From an uncultured bacterium (GTDB lineage Bacteria; SAR324; NAC60-12), in the NCBI GenBank assembly GCA_965662235.1, contig CBFIGY010000003.1, positions 160,001-224,000 on the forward strand: a stretch of DNA of 64,000 nucleotides. Reading direction: 5' to 3'. The position numbers and the translations under genes were made by a program. Under the pieces are notes generated by a model, which was not told the origin of the DNA, made no database searches, and worked only from the letters and a program-made list of their open reading frames with translations. Each line of letters opens with the position of its first letter. Position 1 is the stretch's first letter. This document shows positions 9,892 through 19,488 of this stretch, piece after piece.

Positions 9892-9903
9892 TTTGACCGG
9901 ATG

Positions 9904-9932
9904 AGGCTAGCGAGCTAGCTCAGAGAAGTCCA
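9904..9932 (-). promoter_or_regulatory. Candidate sigma70 promoter of xsc-tpa
   Basis: Minus strand TGGACT-N17-TAGCCT, immediately upstream of the palindrome. Confidence 0.4.
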
Positions 9933-10059
9933 GCAAATTCTCCGTGATTTTTGGGTAAATCTTGACAAAATTTACGAATTTGAGACCGTACTGGGGCTTT
10001 TTTGAGAAAATCCCTGATTCTTTGGGGTAATTTCGGCGCCTTTCTCACAAAGAAACCCC

Positions 10060-10821
10060 ATGGCCCAAGACGAAGGGCGAACGCTCCTGCGGCTTCTGGA
10101 AATCATTGAAGTCGTCTCCTCTGGCGAACGTCCTTACACGCCAACGGAGCTCAACGAGCAGCTGGCGTATCCCAAAGCAACCATCCACCGTCTGTGTGCC
10201 GTACTGGAACGCGAGGGGTGGCTGCAGCGCGAGCTGGACGGCAAGCGACTCTCTCCCGGCAGGCGACTCTACCGCACGGCAACAGGTGTCCTTGCCAGTG
10301 AGCAGGCCCGGACGCAGCGACACGCCGTGTTGATGCGCCTGGCCCGACTGGTCGGGGAAACCTGCAACGTTTCCATTCCGGATGGTAGCCAGATGCGCTA
10401 CATCGACCGGGTTGAAACCCACTGGCCCCTCCGGATGCAGCTTCCAGTGGGCTCGCGCGTTCCCCTCTACTGCACCGCCGCCGGCAAGACCTACCTCGCG
10501 TCTCTTCCCAAGCATCGCCGTCACAGCGTTGTCAGCAGCCTGGAGCTGATGCCTCGGGTTCCCAAAACCCTGACCACTCCGGTGGCCCTTGAGCATGAGC
10601 TGGACTGCATCGCCAAGCAAGGGTTCGGGCTGGACGACGAGGAGTTTGTTGAAGGCATGGTCTGTGTTGCGGTTCCCATTCACAACGAAGAGGGGCTGAT
10701 GTTTGCAACCCTCTCGTTTCATGCTCCCACCTCCCGCATGACGCTGGAAGAGGCCAAGCGGTTTGTCCCGGAGATGCAAAAGGCGGCTCAAGAGCTTGCG
10801 CAATTGCCCACGGAACCGTGA
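10060..10821 (+). CDS. IclR-family transcriptional regulator
   Basis: N-terminal HTH (PKATIHRL), VPLYCTAAGK, GFGLDDEEFVEGMVCVAVPI. Confidence 0.93.
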   Translation: MAQDEGRTLLRLLEIIEVVSSGERPYTPTELNEQLAYPKATIHRLCAVLEREGWLQRELDGKRLSPGRRLYRTATGVLASEQARTQRHAVLMRLARLVGETCNVSIPDGSQMRYIDRVETHWPLRMQLPVGSRVPLYCTAAGKTYLASLPKHRRHSVVSSLELMPRVPKTLTTPVALEHELDCIAKQGFGLDDEEFVEGMVCVAVPIHNEEGLMFATLSFHAPTSRMTLEEAKRFVPEMQKAAQELAQLPTEP

Positions 10822-12008
10822 TGCGGATTCTGGTTCTCAATGCCGGCAGCTCGTCGCTGAAAGCACAGGTGCTCTGCCTCCCAGAGGGGCTTGCAGAACG
10901 GACCTTCAGCGTCGAGCGGCTCGGAACAGAAGCCGCTCGGGCCGTGGTCCGAGACGCCACCGGCACCGCCCTTCCGGAACCGCCACCGCTGCGGGAACTG
11001 GATGACGCCCTCGCCTACCTTGCTCAACTCCTGCACGCCCTCGGACCGCTGGACGCCATTGGACACCGCGTGGTGCACGGAGGGGCATTCTTTCAGGAAG
11101 CCGCTCAGGTGACCCCAGAGGTTCAAGACGCCATCCGTCGCTGTGTGCCGCTGGCGCCGCTGCACAACCCGGCGAACCTCAATGGCATCGACGCTTGCTC
11201 CCGCCAGTTTCCGGAGTTGCCACAGGTGGCCGTTTTTGACACGGCGTTTCACCACACCCTGCTCCCGGAGGCGCAGACCTTTGCGCTGCCGCAGAAGTGG
11301 CAGGCCCCGGAGGTTCCGCTGCGCCGTTACGGTTTCCACGGCACCTCGCACCGCTACGTTCTTGAAGAAGTCGCTGCCCGCCGATCAGTCCCTCCCAACA
11401 CCCTCAACCTCATCAGCTTCCACCTTGGAAACGGCTGCAGCGCCGCTGCCATCCGTCAGGGGCAGTGCCTTGACACGACCATGGGACTGACCCCGCTCGG
11501 AGGGGTGATGATGGGAACCCGTCCCGGTGACCTTGACCCCGGAGTGCTGCTGCACCTACTCCGTGAAGGAGTAACGCCTGAGGAGCTTGACCACGGCCTG
11601 AACCGAGAAAGTGGCCTCCGGGCGCTCACCGGCAGCAACGACCTGCGTGACGTGATGGCGCAGCGCGCGGCAGGCTCTGCGGAGGCCGCCTTGGCCATTG
11701 ACCTTTTTGTCCATACCCTCCGCAAGACGCTGGGCGCCTACTGGGCGCTCCTCGAGCACGTGGACGCCGTCACCTTCACCGGAGGCATTGGCGAACACGC
11801 CCCTGAAATCCGGGAACGGCTTTTGAAAGGACTGGACCCGTGGGGGCTGGTGCTCCATCCGGAGTCCAACGCCGCGTCGTCCACAGAGGCACGGACGCTT
11901 CATGCAGCCCCCAGCACCACCGATATCTGGGTGATTCCAGCCAACGAGGAGTTGGCCATTGCCCGGGAAACGGCACGGGTGCTGCGTCCGAACGTAGCCC
12001 CGTCATAA
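10818..12008 (+). CDS. ackA: Acetate kinase
   Basis: LVLNAGSSSLK, GHRVVHGG, APLHNPAN, RRYGFHGTSH, HLGNG, FTGGIGE, NEELAIAR; overlaps the iclR stop. Confidence 0.96.
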   Translation: MMRILVLNAGSSSLKAQVLCLPEGLAERTFSVERLGTEAARAVVRDATGTALPEPPPLRELDDALAYLAQLLHALGPLDAIGHRVVHGGAFFQEAAQVTPEVQDAIRRCVPLAPLHNPANLNGIDACSRQFPELPQVAVFDTAFHHTLLPEAQTFALPQKWQAPEVPLRRYGFHGTSHRYVLEEVAARRSVPPNTLNLISFHLGNGCSAAAIRQGQCLDTTMGLTPLGGVMMGTRPGDLDPGVLLHLLREGVTPEELDHGLNRESGLRALTGSNDLRDVMAQRAAGSAEAALAIDLFVHTLRKTLGAYWALLEHVDAVTFTGGIGEHAPEIRERLLKGLDPWGLVLHPESNAASSTEARTLHAAPSTTDIWVIPANEELAIARETARVLRPNVAPS

Positions 12009-12125
12009 AACGGAGCCGTGCTCAGGCGCCTCCGGAAGCGGTGCTCTGCGGAGCCGTTGCCACGGTGAGCTTTGCCAAGGCCTGCGCCTTCATTTTTGTC
12101 CCAACCCCTCTCCCGAAAGTTCTGC

Positions 12126-12992
12126 ATGAAAGGAGTCATCCTCGCCGCGGGTTACGCCACCCGCTTTCTTCCGGCCTCCAAGACCATTCCCAAGGAGATG
12201 TTTCCCCTCATTGACCGACCGGCCATTGACTTCATTGTCCAGGAAATGGTCGACGCTGGCATTGAGGACATCCTGCTCGTCTCGTCTCGCCGCAAGAAGG
12301 TGATGGAGGACTACTTTGACCGCGAGGTGGAACTGTCGTCCGCCTTTGCGCAGAACAACCAAATTGAGAAGCTGGACCTGATCAAGCCGACCTCTGCGAA
12401 CATCTTCACGCTCCGGCAGCAGCACATGATGGGCACTGGAAATGCGCTGATGCTGGTGGAACCATTTGTCCAGGATGAGCCGTTTGTTGTCGCCTATCCG
12501 GATGACATTGTCTTTGGCACACCGCCACTGACCAAACAGCTGATTGACGCTTGGAAGGAAACCGGAGACACCATCCTGACGGTCAAGGAGCTTCCGGAAG
12601 AAGAGCTGGCGCGGTATGGGGTGATTGATCCCCAAGCCGAGGGCAAGACCATGAAGGTCAAGGCGATGATTGAGAAGCCGGCTCCGGGGTCGGCCCCTAG
12701 TCGCTTTGCGACGTATGGACGGTACCTTTACACGCCGGAGCTGTTTGACGCTCTGCGCATCAGCGACCACAGCCACGAGCACCATGGTGAGTTCACCCAG
12801 ACCGAAGCCATCAACATCCTCGCTGCCCGAGGGAAGGTGTCCGCGGTTCAGTTCGAAGGCACCCGCTACGACATCGGGGAACCGCTGGGGTACCTCATTT
12901 CCTCCGTCCAGATTGGCCTGCAGCGCCCGGAGATCCGGGAATCGCTGCTGGCAGAGTTGCGCCAGTTGGTGGCAGACGCCGACGCGTCCTAA
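12126..12992 (+). CDS. galU: UTP--glucose-1-phosphate uridylyltransferase
   Basis: VILAAGYATRFLPASKTIPKEMFP, IEKP, GRY, RYDIG; start moved to ATG 12126. Confidence 0.9.
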   Translation: MKGVILAAGYATRFLPASKTIPKEMFPLIDRPAIDFIVQEMVDAGIEDILLVSSRRKKVMEDYFDREVELSSAFAQNNQIEKLDLIKPTSANIFTLRQQHMMGTGNALMLVEPFVQDEPFVVAYPDDIVFGTPPLTKQLIDAWKETGDTILTVKELPEEELARYGVIDPQAEGKTMKVKAMIEKPAPGSAPSRFATYGRYLYTPELFDALRISDHSHEHHGEFTQTEAINILAARGKVSAVQFEGTRYDIGEPLGYLISSVQIGLQRPEIRESLLAELRQLVADADAS

Positions 12993-13876
12993 CGCCTCAC
13001 CAGCGCCTGCACCACCTGACGCACCCCAGCTTGCCACGGAGGCAGGTGCAGGCCAAAGGTGTCCCGCAGCTTCTGAGTGTCTAGCTCAGAGTTGGCGGGA
13101 CGCTTGGCAGGCGTCGGGTAGGCCTCTGTCGGAATCGCCTGCACCTGCTCTGGTCCTACCTTCAGCACCACTCCTTCCTCCTGAGCGACCCGCAGCACCT
13201 CACACGCAAAGGCGTGCCAAGTCGTCCGTCCTTGAGCGCTCAGGTGATAGGTTCCCCACGCCTCAGACCTGCCTTGCTGCAGGTGCCTCAGCAGGTGTGC
13301 CGTTCCATCAGCAATCAGTGACGCCGCGGTCGGAATGCCGAACTGGTCGGCAACCACCCGCAGCTCTTCCCGCTCCTGTGCCAGACGCAGCATCGTCTTG
13401 AGGAAATTCTGCCCCTGCTGTCCATAAACCCAGCTGGTCCGCAAAATCAGGTGCCGGACTCCGGTCGCCCGCAACGCCTGTTCCCCAGCCCACTTGGTTT
13501 TTCCATAGACTCCCAAAGGCCCCATTTCATCGTCCTCCCGGTACGCCTCTGGGGCATTTCCGGAAAAAACATAATCGGTGGAGTAATGCACCACAGCGCC
13601 CTTCCAACGCAGCACCTCCTCGCCTAACACCGCCGGCACCCGTGTGTTCACCTGAGCCGCGAGCTCTGGCTCGGTCTCTGCGCGGTCCACCGCGGTGTAG
13701 GCCGCAGCGTTCACCACCACTTCCGGTTGCTGCGCGCGCAGGAGGTTCCGCAACGCCGATTCGTCTCCCAAATCGCACTCAGCTCGCCCCACGCCCACTA
13801 CGTCTCCGACAGGCGCCAACGCCCGCAGCAGCTCCCAGCCCACCTGTCCTCTTGCTCCCAACACCAATACCCGCAT
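12989..13876 (-). CDS. rfbD: dTDP-4-dehydrorhamnose reductase
   Basis: GARGQVG, NAAAYTAVDRAE, HYSTDYVF, YGKTK, LRTSWVY; AAGGAG upstream of ATG 13876. Confidence 0.95.
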   Translation of the reverse strand: MRVLVLGARGQVGWELLRALAPVGDVVGVGRAECDLGDESALRNLLRAQQPEVVVNAAAYTAVDRAETEPELAAQVNTRVPAVLGEEVLRWKGAVVHYSTDYVFSGNAPEAYREDDEMGPLGVYGKTKWAGEQALRATGVRHLILRTSWVYGQQGQNFLKTMLRLAQEREELRVVADQFGIPTAASLIADGTAHLLRHLQQGRSEAWGTYHLSAQGRTTWHAFACEVLRVAQEEGVVLKVGPEQVQAIPTEAYPTPAKRPANSELDTQKLRDTFGLHLPPWQAGVRQVVQALVRR

Positions 13877-13991
13877 GCATCTCCTTGCAAACACCTGCTT
13901 TTTCAACACAGGAGCCGTTGACATCCTCCGGCAACCTGATAGCGTGACTAATAGTCAATTTTCCACTGAATCTCTTCGCCTCACTCCCGTT

Positions 13992-15251
13992 ATGGTCATG
14001 AAGACTTCCTTGCTCCTCCTAGGCATGTGCCTGTTTGCCTTTACCAGCTTTGGCTACGAATTTGAACGACGCCGGGACCAGTTTGACAGCAATTCCGGAT
14101 ACTTGGCGGTTCCTGCGCCCTACAGCTACCCCGGAATTGGAGAGGGCTTGGTCTTCATTGGCTATGCAGGCAACGTGCTGGAAACACCGATTGACGCCTA
14201 CGCCCTGCTGATTACTGGAGACGCCACCGGGCTCATTGCCAATGTCGATGAAGTCTTCCTCTATCCGGAAACGCTCTACCTCCGGTACTTCCGAATCGAC
14301 ATCCGCAAGTACGGCCGTAACTTCTATCAGAACCGGGGGATGGACACGGATAAGGAGGACTTCAGCGTTGCGGTGGGAGACCAGTACCTAGGGCGTGAAC
14401 CGTCGGTGAACCTCACCCTCTGGGAACGGCGCCTTGAGCTTTCCTACGGGCTGCGGCTTCAGGAAGGACGGATCACGGAACTCCGGACACCTGAAGGCGA
14501 GCTGCTGTCGTCCACCACACAAACCTTCCGGAGCGACGCCACCCGGGCCCAGCTGACCGTCGACCTGACAGACGACCGACAGGATCCGCGCTCCGGCCTC
14601 CGCGTTTCCCTCGACCAAGAACAGGTCACGGCCGCAGATTCCCTTAGCTCGGACTACACCATTCTGACCACCAACCTGAAGGCTTATGTCCCGATGCTGG
14701 GACAAAGCACCTGGGCTTTCAACTACTTCCGCTCTGCGGCCTCTGTCACCCGCACCGGCCTGACGGACCTCAACACCCTCAAGACCCTCCGGGGCATTGA
14801 TGCCTGCGCGTCGTCCCCCACCGTCGCCGAGCAGAACGCCTGTGAAGAGGCCGTCACACGAGACGCGCAGAACCAGCAACTGGCCAACCTGAACGGCACC
14901 GCCCGCTCCCTCGGAGGTCCAAACCGCCTGCGCTCCTATCCGGAAGAACGCTACCAGGGGGCGCACTCGCTGAGCTACGGCACTGAATTTCGCTGGAACC
15001 TGAAGACCGGGCAGGACCTGCTGAACTGGTACTTCCTGAGCGACATTCAGGAAGCCCTGCAGGTCGCACTGTTTTATGAACAGGGATCGGTAGCCGAATC
15101 CGTCGCGGACCTAGGGTCCATCTGGAGGAAGTCGTTTGGGGTGGGAGGACGTCTGGTGACGGGCTCCGGAAACGTGTACCGGCTGGACCTCGCTTCCGGA
15201 GATGAGGGAACGGAACTGACGGTTCTCTTTCAGTATCCGTGGCAAAATTAA
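13992..15251 (+). CDS. Outer-membrane beta-barrel, Omp85/BamA-TamA surface-antigen-like, without POTRA domains
   Basis: Signal peptide; amphipathic strands; DLTDDRQDPRSG; LGGPNRLRSYPEERY (lid VRGF-equivalent); C-terminal YRLDLA...LFQYPW. Confidence 0.65.
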   Translation: MVMKTSLLLLGMCLFAFTSFGYEFERRRDQFDSNSGYLAVPAPYSYPGIGEGLVFIGYAGNVLETPIDAYALLITGDATGLIANVDEVFLYPETLYLRYFRIDIRKYGRNFYQNRGMDTDKEDFSVAVGDQYLGREPSVNLTLWERRLELSYGLRLQEGRITELRTPEGELLSSTTQTFRSDATRAQLTVDLTDDRQDPRSGLRVSLDQEQVTAADSLSSDYTILTTNLKAYVPMLGQSTWAFNYFRSAASVTRTGLTDLNTLKTLRGIDACASSPTVAEQNACEEAVTRDAQNQQLANLNGTARSLGGPNRLRSYPEERYQGAHSLSYGTEFRWNLKTGQDLLNWYFLSDIQEALQVALFYEQGSVAESVADLGSIWRKSFGVGGRLVTGSGNVYRLDLASGDEGTELTVLFQYPWQN

Positions 15252-15273
15252 CAAGAAGGGCTCGGTGACGGTT

Positions 15274-16275
15274 TCAGCCGACCGGGTCCACCTCCACGGC
15301 AATCACAGCAATCACGTCTCCCATGCCGATCAGGCCAGGAAAGTGCCGTCCGGTGAGAATGCCGTCAATCTCGCTACGGTACTCGCGAGCAGGGGCTCCG
15401 GTCCGAGTCACCTTATGCACCACGGCCACAACCTCGCCAGCGTGCACGCGGCTTCCTAGGTCCATCTTCATCTCCAACAAACCTGTTGATTCGCTGGTGA
15501 CAAAGCAACGGCCGTCCGGCATGTCCAGCTCAATGGTCGAACGGAATTCCGGCTCGCCTTCCAGAATTTCAGCATGCTGGAGCACATTCCGGATGCCCCG
15601 CTTGGCAATCTCGACTGAAGCCGCTGTTGCCGAACCTCCACCGCCCAGCTCCGTGGAAATGAACACCTTTCCCATCTCCTCAGCTGCAGTGTCGTACATG
15701 CCCACCGAGTCAATCTCCAGAAGCTGCACGCTGTAGGGCGCATTGAAGGCGTTCCGCGCGGCAACACACCGCTGCTCCTGCTCCTTGTTCGGCAGAACGT
15801 GCGAGGCACAGAAGGGCAAGAAATTCAGGGTCTTGCCTCCGGAGTGAATGTCCAGCACCACGTCTGCCATCGGAAGCAGCATGCGCTGAAAGTAGTCGGC
15901 AATTTTCTCCGTGACGGTGCCGTCGGGGCGTCCGGGGAACACGCGGTTCATGTTCCGGGAGTCAATGGGCGAGGTGCGCCGCGCCGCTTGAAACGCCGGA
16001 TAGTTCATGGCAGGTACCGCGATCACTCGCCCGTTGATGTCTTCCGGCTTGAGCGTGTTGACAAGGTCAAAGAGCGCAATCGGCCCCTCGTACTCTTCTC
16101 CGTGGTTGCCTCCGGTCAGCAACGCCGTCGGGCCACTGCCGTTGCGGATGACGGAGATGGGGATCATGATCGACCCCCACGCCGAATCGTCACGGGACCA
16201 GGGAAGCTTCAGGAAGCCGTGCTGCACGCCGTCCTGCTCAAAGTCAACGGTCGGAGAAATGGGACTGTCCAGCAT
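15274..16275 (-). CDS. doeB: N-alpha-acetyl-L-2,4-diaminobutyrate deacetylase (DoeB/EutE)
   Basis: WSRDDSAWG, GGNHGEEYEG, NMNR, DIHSGG, TELGGGG; operon context. Confidence 0.93.
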   Translation of the reverse strand: MLDSPISPTVDFEQDGVQHGFLKLPWSRDDSAWGSIMIPISVIRNGSGPTALLTGGNHGEEYEGPIALFDLVNTLKPEDINGRVIAVPAMNYPAFQAARRTSPIDSRNMNRVFPGRPDGTVTEKIADYFQRMLLPMADVVLDIHSGGKTLNFLPFCASHVLPNKEQEQRCVAARNAFNAPYSVQLLEIDSVGMYDTAAEEMGKVFISTELGGGGSATAASVEIAKRGIRNVLQHAEILEGEPEFRSTIELDMPDGRCFVTSESTGLLEMKMDLGSRVHAGEVVAVVHKVTRTGAPAREYRSEIDGILTGRHFPGLIGMGDVIAVIAVEVDPVG

Positions 16276-16278
16276 GGC

Positions 16279-17457
16279 TTACTCCTTGACCAGCAGTTGA
16301 CGGGGCACCGAGGCAAAGCACTCCACCCCCCTCTCGGTGATGACGATGCTCTCCGTTGTCTCCAGCCCCCAGTCGTCCATCCACAAACCGGTCATGAAGT
16401 GAAAGGTCATCCCCGGCTCCAACACCGTCTTGTCGCCCACCCGCAGGCTCATGGTCCGCTCGCCCCAGTCAGGGGGATAACTCAGACCAATGGGGTAACC
16501 GGTCCGGTTGTCCTTGACGATTCCGTACTTCTTGAGAACCTCAAAGAAAGCGATGGCGATGTCTTCACAGCAGTTTCCGGGACGGGCCTGAGCCAAACCC
16601 GCTTCCATGCCCTCCTGCACCGCCTGGTCCGCGTCCAGAAACGTCTGGGTCGGTTTTCCGAAGAAGAGGGTCCGGGACAAAGGAACGTGGTAACGCTTGT
16701 AGCAGCCTGCGATTTCAAAGAAGGTTCCTTCGCCCACCTTCAGGGGCGCATCGTCCCATGTCAGGTGTGGGGCAGCCGCATCAGAGCCAGAGGGCATGAG
16801 CGGAACAATTGCCGGGTAGTCGCCTCCAAACTCCGGGGTGCCTCGGGTGCCAGCGTCATAGATTTCGGCGACTAGGTCACACTTCCGGATGCCTGGTTCG
16901 GCCTTCTCCTGAATCCGCTGATGCATGCGTTCCACAATCCGAGCAGCGCGGTGCATGTACTCCAATTCCTGGGGAGACTTGACCGCTCGGCACCAGTTGA
17001 CCAGCGCAGTGGCATCCACAAAGCGTGCATTCGGGAGGTGCTGGTTCAGTGAGGCAAAGGCCGCTGCGGAGAAGTAGTAGTTGTCCATCTCCACCCCAAT
17101 CCGCAGAGAGCCCCAACCCTGGTCCTCCAGCTTCTGGCTGAGCAGGTCCATGGGGTGCCGCTCCGTCGACTGCACGTAGTGATCCGGGTAAAACCAAATG
17201 TGGTCGTCGGACAGATACGTCGTCCGCTGCGCGCCTGCGCCATCCTGCTTACGTCCGTACCAGAACGGGGCCTCCTGAAGCGTCACCACCACACACTGAT
17301 GCACGTAAAAGGACCAGCCGTCGTACCCCGTCAGCCACGCCATGTTGGACGGGTCACTGACGATCAACACGTCTACGGCGTGTGCTTCCATGGAACGCCG
17401 GACCTTTGCCAGCCGCTCCTGATACTCCGTTTGAGTAAATAACAGATTGGGATTCAT
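16279..17457 (-). CDS. doeA: Ectoine hydrolase (DoeA/EutD, M24 fold)
   Basis: DPSNMAWLTGYDGWSFYVHQ, YVQSTERHPM, GDYPAIVP, YPPDWGERT. Confidence 0.95.
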   Translation of the reverse strand: MNPNLLFTQTEYQERLAKVRRSMEAHAVDVLIVSDPSNMAWLTGYDGWSFYVHQCVVVTLQEAPFWYGRKQDGAGAQRTTYLSDDHIWFYPDHYVQSTERHPMDLLSQKLEDQGWGSLRIGVEMDNYYFSAAAFASLNQHLPNARFVDATALVNWCRAVKSPQELEYMHRAARIVERMHQRIQEKAEPGIRKCDLVAEIYDAGTRGTPEFGGDYPAIVPLMPSGSDAAAPHLTWDDAPLKVGEGTFFEIAGCYKRYHVPLSRTLFFGKPTQTFLDADQAVQEGMEAGLAQARPGNCCEDIAIAFFEVLKKYGIVKDNRTGYPIGLSYPPDWGERTMSLRVGDKTVLEPGMTFHFMTGLWMDDWGLETTESIVITERGVECFASVPRQLLVKE

Positions 17458-17493
17458 GAACCCTCGCCAGGATCAAAAACGAGAAGCCTCTGC

Positions 17494-18495
17494 TCAGGCA
17501 GAGGGGTTGGAAAAAACGGTTCCGGAGCCCTTTGCTGTGGCTCGCTGAACCGCCAGGGTCGCAATGGCGGTATCTTGAACACCGGTGCCGGTGAGGTCGC
17601 ACACGGTGATTTCTGCCGCCGAGGTCCGTCCGGGATGTGTTCCCGCAATCACCGCCCCTAGCTCCGGAAACGCTTGTTCCGCCGAAAAGACTCCGGCTTC
17701 CACAGCGGGACGCAGTTCTCCCTGCCGCCGGCACTGAGCCAGCCGATCACAGATGTACCAGTCCGCCCGTTCCAAGACGCTTGGCGCCAGCTCATTCTTA
17801 TACGGTGCATCAGAGCCCATCGCGGTGATGTGCTGTCCAGGACGCAGCCACGCCCCTTCCAGCAGAGGCTCCGTCGCCGGCGTGGTCGTGACCACGAGGT
17901 CGCTGCGTTCCAGTACTTCCTCCACACGAGACAGGGCCTGCACCGGGAAACCCAGCGCGTCAGACATCTCTTGGGCACACTGCGCCGCTCGCTCCGGATT
18001 TCGTCCCCAAATCCATGCCTCCTTGAGGTCGCGGACCAGCGTCAGGGCCTGCAGCTGCAAACGGGCCTGAACGCCCGTCCCCAGAATTCCGGCCACAGAG
18101 GCATCTGGACGAGAAAGCCACTTGGCGGCCACCGCTCCTGCCGCCGCCGTCCGGAGGTCCGTCAGAAACCCGTTGTCCAGCAGCACGGCTTCCACCAGAC
18201 CCGTCTCCGCCGCAAACACCACCATTAGTCCATTGAGACTCGGGAGCCCCTTTTTCGGATTGTCAAAGAAACCCGGGCTCATCTTGATGGCAAAGGACGG
18301 GATGCCGGGGACGTACGCAGTCTTGACGTCCACCTCGCCGTTGTGATCCGGAATGTGGAAGCTCAGGATGGGTGGCATCACCACCTCACGGACCTCCAGC
18401 AGGCGAAACGCGTCCTCCACGCAGGTGACTGCGTCGGCATCAAGCGCCAGCACTGCCCGAAGTTCCTGTTCATTGAGAATCGTGATCTGGGGCAT
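17494..18495 (-). CDS. eutC: Ectoine utilization cyclodeaminase-family protein EutC
   Basis: VDVKTAY, GFFDNP, LTDLRTAAAGA, DLTGTGVQDTAIA. Confidence 0.9.
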   Translation of the reverse strand: MPQITILNEQELRAVLALDADAVTCVEDAFRLLEVREVVMPPILSFHIPDHNGEVDVKTAYVPGIPSFAIKMSPGFFDNPKKGLPSLNGLMVVFAAETGLVEAVLLDNGFLTDLRTAAAGAVAAKWLSRPDASVAGILGTGVQARLQLQALTLVRDLKEAWIWGRNPERAAQCAQEMSDALGFPVQALSRVEEVLERSDLVVTTTPATEPLLEGAWLRPGQHITAMGSDAPYKNELAPSVLERADWYICDRLAQCRRQGELRPAVEAGVFSAEQAFPELGAVIAGTHPGRTSAAEITVCDLTGTGVQDTAIATLAVQRATAKGSGTVFSNPSA

Positions 18496-18504
18496 GGGGC
18501 TCCT

Positions 18505-19488
18505 TTAGGACTGAGGTTGCGCCACATCGACGTTCACGCCGTCAATGAGTTGTTTGTGCAGCGACATGTCAATGTTGCCTCCGCTGAGGAGTAGGACGGT
18601 GGAGCCCTTCAGCGAAACCTTGTTGGCCAAAACAGCGGCAATGCCAACGCTTCCGGAACCTTCAATGACCTGACGCTCGGACCAGTAGGCGTGCCGGATG
18701 GCGTCTGCAATTTCTTCTTCGGAAACCAGCACCAGCTCATCCACCAGGTCCCGGACCATCTGGAAGGTGTAGCGGTTGTCGAGACCAATCCCGCCCCCCA
18801 GCGAATCCGCCAGCGTCGGCAGTTCCTCCACCTGCACCGGATGCCCCTGCTGCTGGGACGTGATCATTGCAGCGCCTCGCTCCATGGAGACTCCAACCAC
18901 ACGGATCTTCGGGTCATGCGCCTTCATTGCCAGCGCCACCCCAGAAATCAGTCCCCCTCCAGAGAGCGGCACCAGCACGGTCTGCAGGTCCGGAAGCTGT
19001 TCCAGCACTTCCAGTCCAAGGGTGCCTTGCCCGGCAATCACATCAGGATGGTCAAAGGGGGGCAGCATCGTCATTCCGGATTCAGCCAGCTGATCGGCTT
19101 CCACCTGAGCCTCATCCTGCGAGCGCCCGATGATGCGGATCTCCGCCCCCTGCGCTCGGATGCCCTCGACCTTGTTGGCAGGGACCAGCTCAGACATGCA
19201 GATCACGCAACGGACCCCAGCCTGCCGAGCGGCATACGCCAGCCCGCGACCGTGATTTCCTGTGGAAACGCCCACCACACCAGCCGCTTTTTGTGCGTCC
19301 GACAGGGAGCGGATCGCGTTGGTGGCGCCCCGGAGCTTGAAGCTCCCAGTCGTTTGCAGGTGTTCCAGCTTCAGCCACACCGGAACTCCGGCCTGCTCCT
19401 GCAGCGTCGGAGATTCCACCACGGGCGTCTTCTGGACAAACGGCGTCAGCCGAGCCTGGGCGGCTTTCAGGTCATTCCACTCAATCAT
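18505..19488 (-). CDS. eutB: Hydroxyectoine utilization dehydratase EutB
   Basis: TGSFKLRGA, STGNHG, IAGQGT, SGGGL, ADSLGGGIG; ATG 19488 overlaps the eutA stop. Confidence 0.9.
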   Translation of the reverse strand: MIEWNDLKAAQARLTPFVQKTPVVESPTLQEQAGVPVWLKLEHLQTTGSFKLRGATNAIRSLSDAQKAAGVVGVSTGNHGRGLAYAARQAGVRCVICMSELVPANKVEGIRAQGAEIRIIGRSQDEAQVEADQLAESGMTMLPPFDHPDVIAGQGTLGLEVLEQLPDLQTVLVPLSGGGLISGVALAMKAHDPKIRVVGVSMERGAAMITSQQQGHPVQVEELPTLADSLGGGIGLDNRYTFQMVRDLVDELVLVSEEEIADAIRHAYWSERQVIEGSGSVGIAAVLANKVSLKGSTVLLLSGGNIDMSLHKQLIDGVNVDVAQPQS

